Shown here piece by piece: positions 61,609-64,000 of a DNA stretch of 64,000 nucleotides. Below the pieces are notes generated by a model. The model saw nothing but the letters and a program-made list of their open reading frames with translations. It had not been told where the DNA came from and did no database searches. Within the stretch, counting starts at the first letter, position 1. Each line of letters opens with the position of its first letter. Made by a program: the position numbers and the translations under genes. The stretch is from assembly GCA_963733035.1 (NCBI GenBank), contig CAVTBU010000007.1, positions 687,710 through 751,709 of the forward strand. The letters run 5' to 3'. This DNA is from Pirellulales bacterium (lineage in GTDB: Bacteria; Planctomycetota; Planctomycetia; Pirellulales; PALSA-1355).

Positions 61609-63973
61609 TCATGCCTCCCATTTCCAATTCCGGATTTCCGGCATGTCTTGGCCGTACTTGTCGATGTATTGCTTGTGCTCGATCAGCTTATCTTTGAGTT
61701 GCTGCTTGAGGTAGATGCCCTTGTCGCCGGTCTGCGGCAGGCGGTCGATAGTGTCCATCACGAGATGAAAACGGTCCAGATCATTCAACACCGTCATGTC
61801 GAACGGAGTGGTAATGGTGCCCTCTTCTTTGTAGCCGCGAACGTGGATGTTGTCGTGGTTGGTACGACGATAGGTCAGCCGGTGTATCAACCACGGGTAG
61901 GCATGGAAGGCGAAGATGACCGGCTTGTCCTTGGTGAAGAGATCGTCGAAATCCATGTCACTCAACCCATGCGGGTGCTCAGTTTGCGGCTGCAGCTTCA
62001 TGAGGTCGACAACGTTGACCACCCGGATTTTCAGGTCGGGCAGATGCTCGCGCATGATGGAAACGGCGGCAAGCGTCTCCAGCGTGGGCACGTCGCCACA
62101 GCAGGCCATGACCACGTCGGCGCGCGACCGCTTGGTCGTTGCTGGCCCATTGCCAGATGCCGATGCCCTCGGTGCAATGTTTGAAGGCCGCGTCCATCGT
62201 CAGCCACTGGGGTGCCGGGTGTTTGCCCGCTATCACGACGTTGACGTAATGGCGGCTGCGCAAGCAGTGGTCCATAACCGACAGGAGACAGTTGGCATCC
62301 GGAGGTAGGTAGACCCGCACGACCTCGGCCTTCTTGTTCACGACGTGGTCGATGAAACCGGGATCTTGGTGCGTGAAACCGTTGTGGTCCTGGCGCCAGA
62401 CGTGGGACGCCAGCAGGTAGTTGAGCGACGCGATCTTCCGCCGCCATGGCAAGTCCGACGTGACCTTCAGCCACTTGGCATGCTGGTTGAACATCGAATC
62501 GATGATGTGGATGAACGCCTCGTAACAATTGAAGAGGCCATGTCGCCCGGTAAGCAGGTAGCCTTCGAGCCAGCCCTCGCATTGGTGCTCGCTAAGCATT
62601 TCCATCACGCGCCCGGTGGGCGTAAGGAATTCGTCGTTTGGCACGGTGGCTGCGTCCCATTGACGGTTGGTCACATCAAAGAGTGCCTCCAGGCCGTTGG
62701 AGAGCGTCTCGTCAGGGCCAAAGACCCGGAAGTTTCGTTGCTCACTGTTCAGCTTCGAAACATCGCGGAGGAAGCGCCCCAGCACATGCGTGTCGCCGAT
62801 GCCGCGCACCCCCGGCGCCGGCACATCGACTGCGTAGTCGCGGAAATCCGGCATCCGCAGGTCGCGCAGCAGAATGCCGCCGTTGGCGTGGGGATTCGCG
62901 CCCATCCGTCGCTCGCCCTTGGGCGCAAGTTCGGCCAGTTCCGGTTTCAGACGCCCCTGCTCGTCGAACAGCTCATCCGGCCGGTAGCTCTTCAGCCAGT
63001 CTTCCAACAGCTTAAGGTGTTCGGGATGGGTGGCCGGGTCGGAGAGGGGCACTTGGTGCGAACGGAAGGTGCCTTCAATCTGCAGGCCATCGACCACCTT
63101 TGGCCCCGTCCAGCCCTTGGGTGAATTGAGGACAATCATCGGCCAGCGCGGACGCGCCAAGTTGCCGTGGACACGCGCTTCCTGCTGGATTCCTTTGATT
63201 TGCTCGACCGCCTTGTCGAGCGTCGCCGCCATCGCCTCATGCATCAAGTGGGGTTCGTGCCCTTCGACGAAGTAGGGCGTCCACCCATAGCCGCGGAGCA
63301 ACTGCTCCAATTCCTCATGTTCAATGCGGGCGAGTATGGTCGGATTAGAAATCTTGTAGCCGTTAAGATGCAGGATCGGCAGCACCGCGCCGTCGGTTGC
63401 TGGATCGAGGAATTTGTTGGAATGCCACGCCGTGGCCAGCGGCCCCGTCTCCGCCTCCCCGTCGCCGACGACGCAGGCCACGATCAGATCGGGATTGTCG
63501 AACACCGCCCCGAACGAATGGCTGAGCGAATAACCCAACTCGCCCCCCTCGTGAATTGAACCCGGGCACTCCGGCGATGCGTGGCTGGGAATCCCGCCGG
63601 GAAACGAGAACTGGAGAAAGAGTTTCTGCAGCCCGGCCTCATCCTGGCTGATATTGGGATAGATCTCGCTGTAAGTGCCCTCGAGATACGTGTTGCCCAC
63701 AACGGCCGGGCCGCCGTGTCCGGGGCCGGAGACGTAAATCATATCGAGGTCGTATTTTTTTATGAGCCGGTTCAAGTGCACATAAATGAAGTTCTGCCCG
63801 GGGGTCGTGCCCCAGTGTCCCAGCAGCATGTGCTTTACATCCGCGAGCTTCAACGGTCGCTTCAGCAGCGGATTGTCGAAAAGATAAATCTGGCCGACCG
63901 CCAGATAGTTGGCGGCCCGCCAGTAGGCGTCCATCTTGTGAAGTAGTTCCGGGGTGAGCGTCTTTGTTGTCAT
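61609..63973 (-). CDS. xfp: Phosphoketolase (frameshift at ~62122)
   Basis: [49 protein letters not shown]-terminal [14 protein letters not shown] in the second frame. Confidence 0.93.
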
Positions 63974-64000
63974 GTTTTGCATTGAAATCACAGTCTCGCT

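Larger units (their letters stand above)
42187..64000. mobile_element. Genomic island / integrative element at the 3' end of tRNA-Ser, extending beyond the window
   Basis: Starts at the tRNA 3' end. Contains arm-like repeats, a resolvase, a tyrosine integrase pointing toward the tRNA, excisionase, primase-helicase and mixed cargo. No second att copy was seen in the window, so the right boundary is unknown. Confidence 0.75.

Noticed and set aside
2469..62184. Split genes as pseudogenes or programmed frameshifts
   Set aside because: Motifs are intact on both sides, there are no slippery heptamers, and the shared GCGC context points to sequencing error.
1..64000. Hundreds of overlapping alternative-frame ORFs
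   Set aside because: Shadow ORFs typical of GC-rich DNA. They overlap motif-supported genes and lack recognisable motifs.
1..64000. CRISPR array, rRNA, IS transposase
   Set aside because: No regularly spaced repeats, rRNA-like sequence or transposase motifs seen.

Overview
GC-rich bacterial DNA with Planctomycetota signature genes (PSD1/DUF1553, DUF1501, DUF1592, DUF1552). Bases 1-42186 are mostly backbone. They hold a partial cinA, pyrE-like and copA genes, and a FadR-type regulator placed between an SDR/fused-E1/E2 operon and a PSD1-DUF1501-DUF1592-DUF1552 block. After that come tRNA-Lys, a sigma-54 activator, fabI, lipid genes, a divergent polysaccharide cluster and tRNA-Ser(CGA). From tRNA-Ser to the window end is an apparent genomic island. 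It starts with integrase arm-like repeats and a set of single cargo modules separated by related serine-recombinase (res/hix)-like sites around a resolvase. Next is a compact integrase / Zn-finger-HTH / excisionase / primase-helicase core with a nested-palindrome origin candidate, then ion/pH-homeostasis cargo (VIT, cupin, NhaA, H+-ATPase, TIGR00341, phosphoketolase). Eight frameshifts in seven genes all fall at or beside GCGC, which suggests methylation-linked long-read errors rather than pseudogenes. Family calls come from motif recognition by eye; no searches were run.
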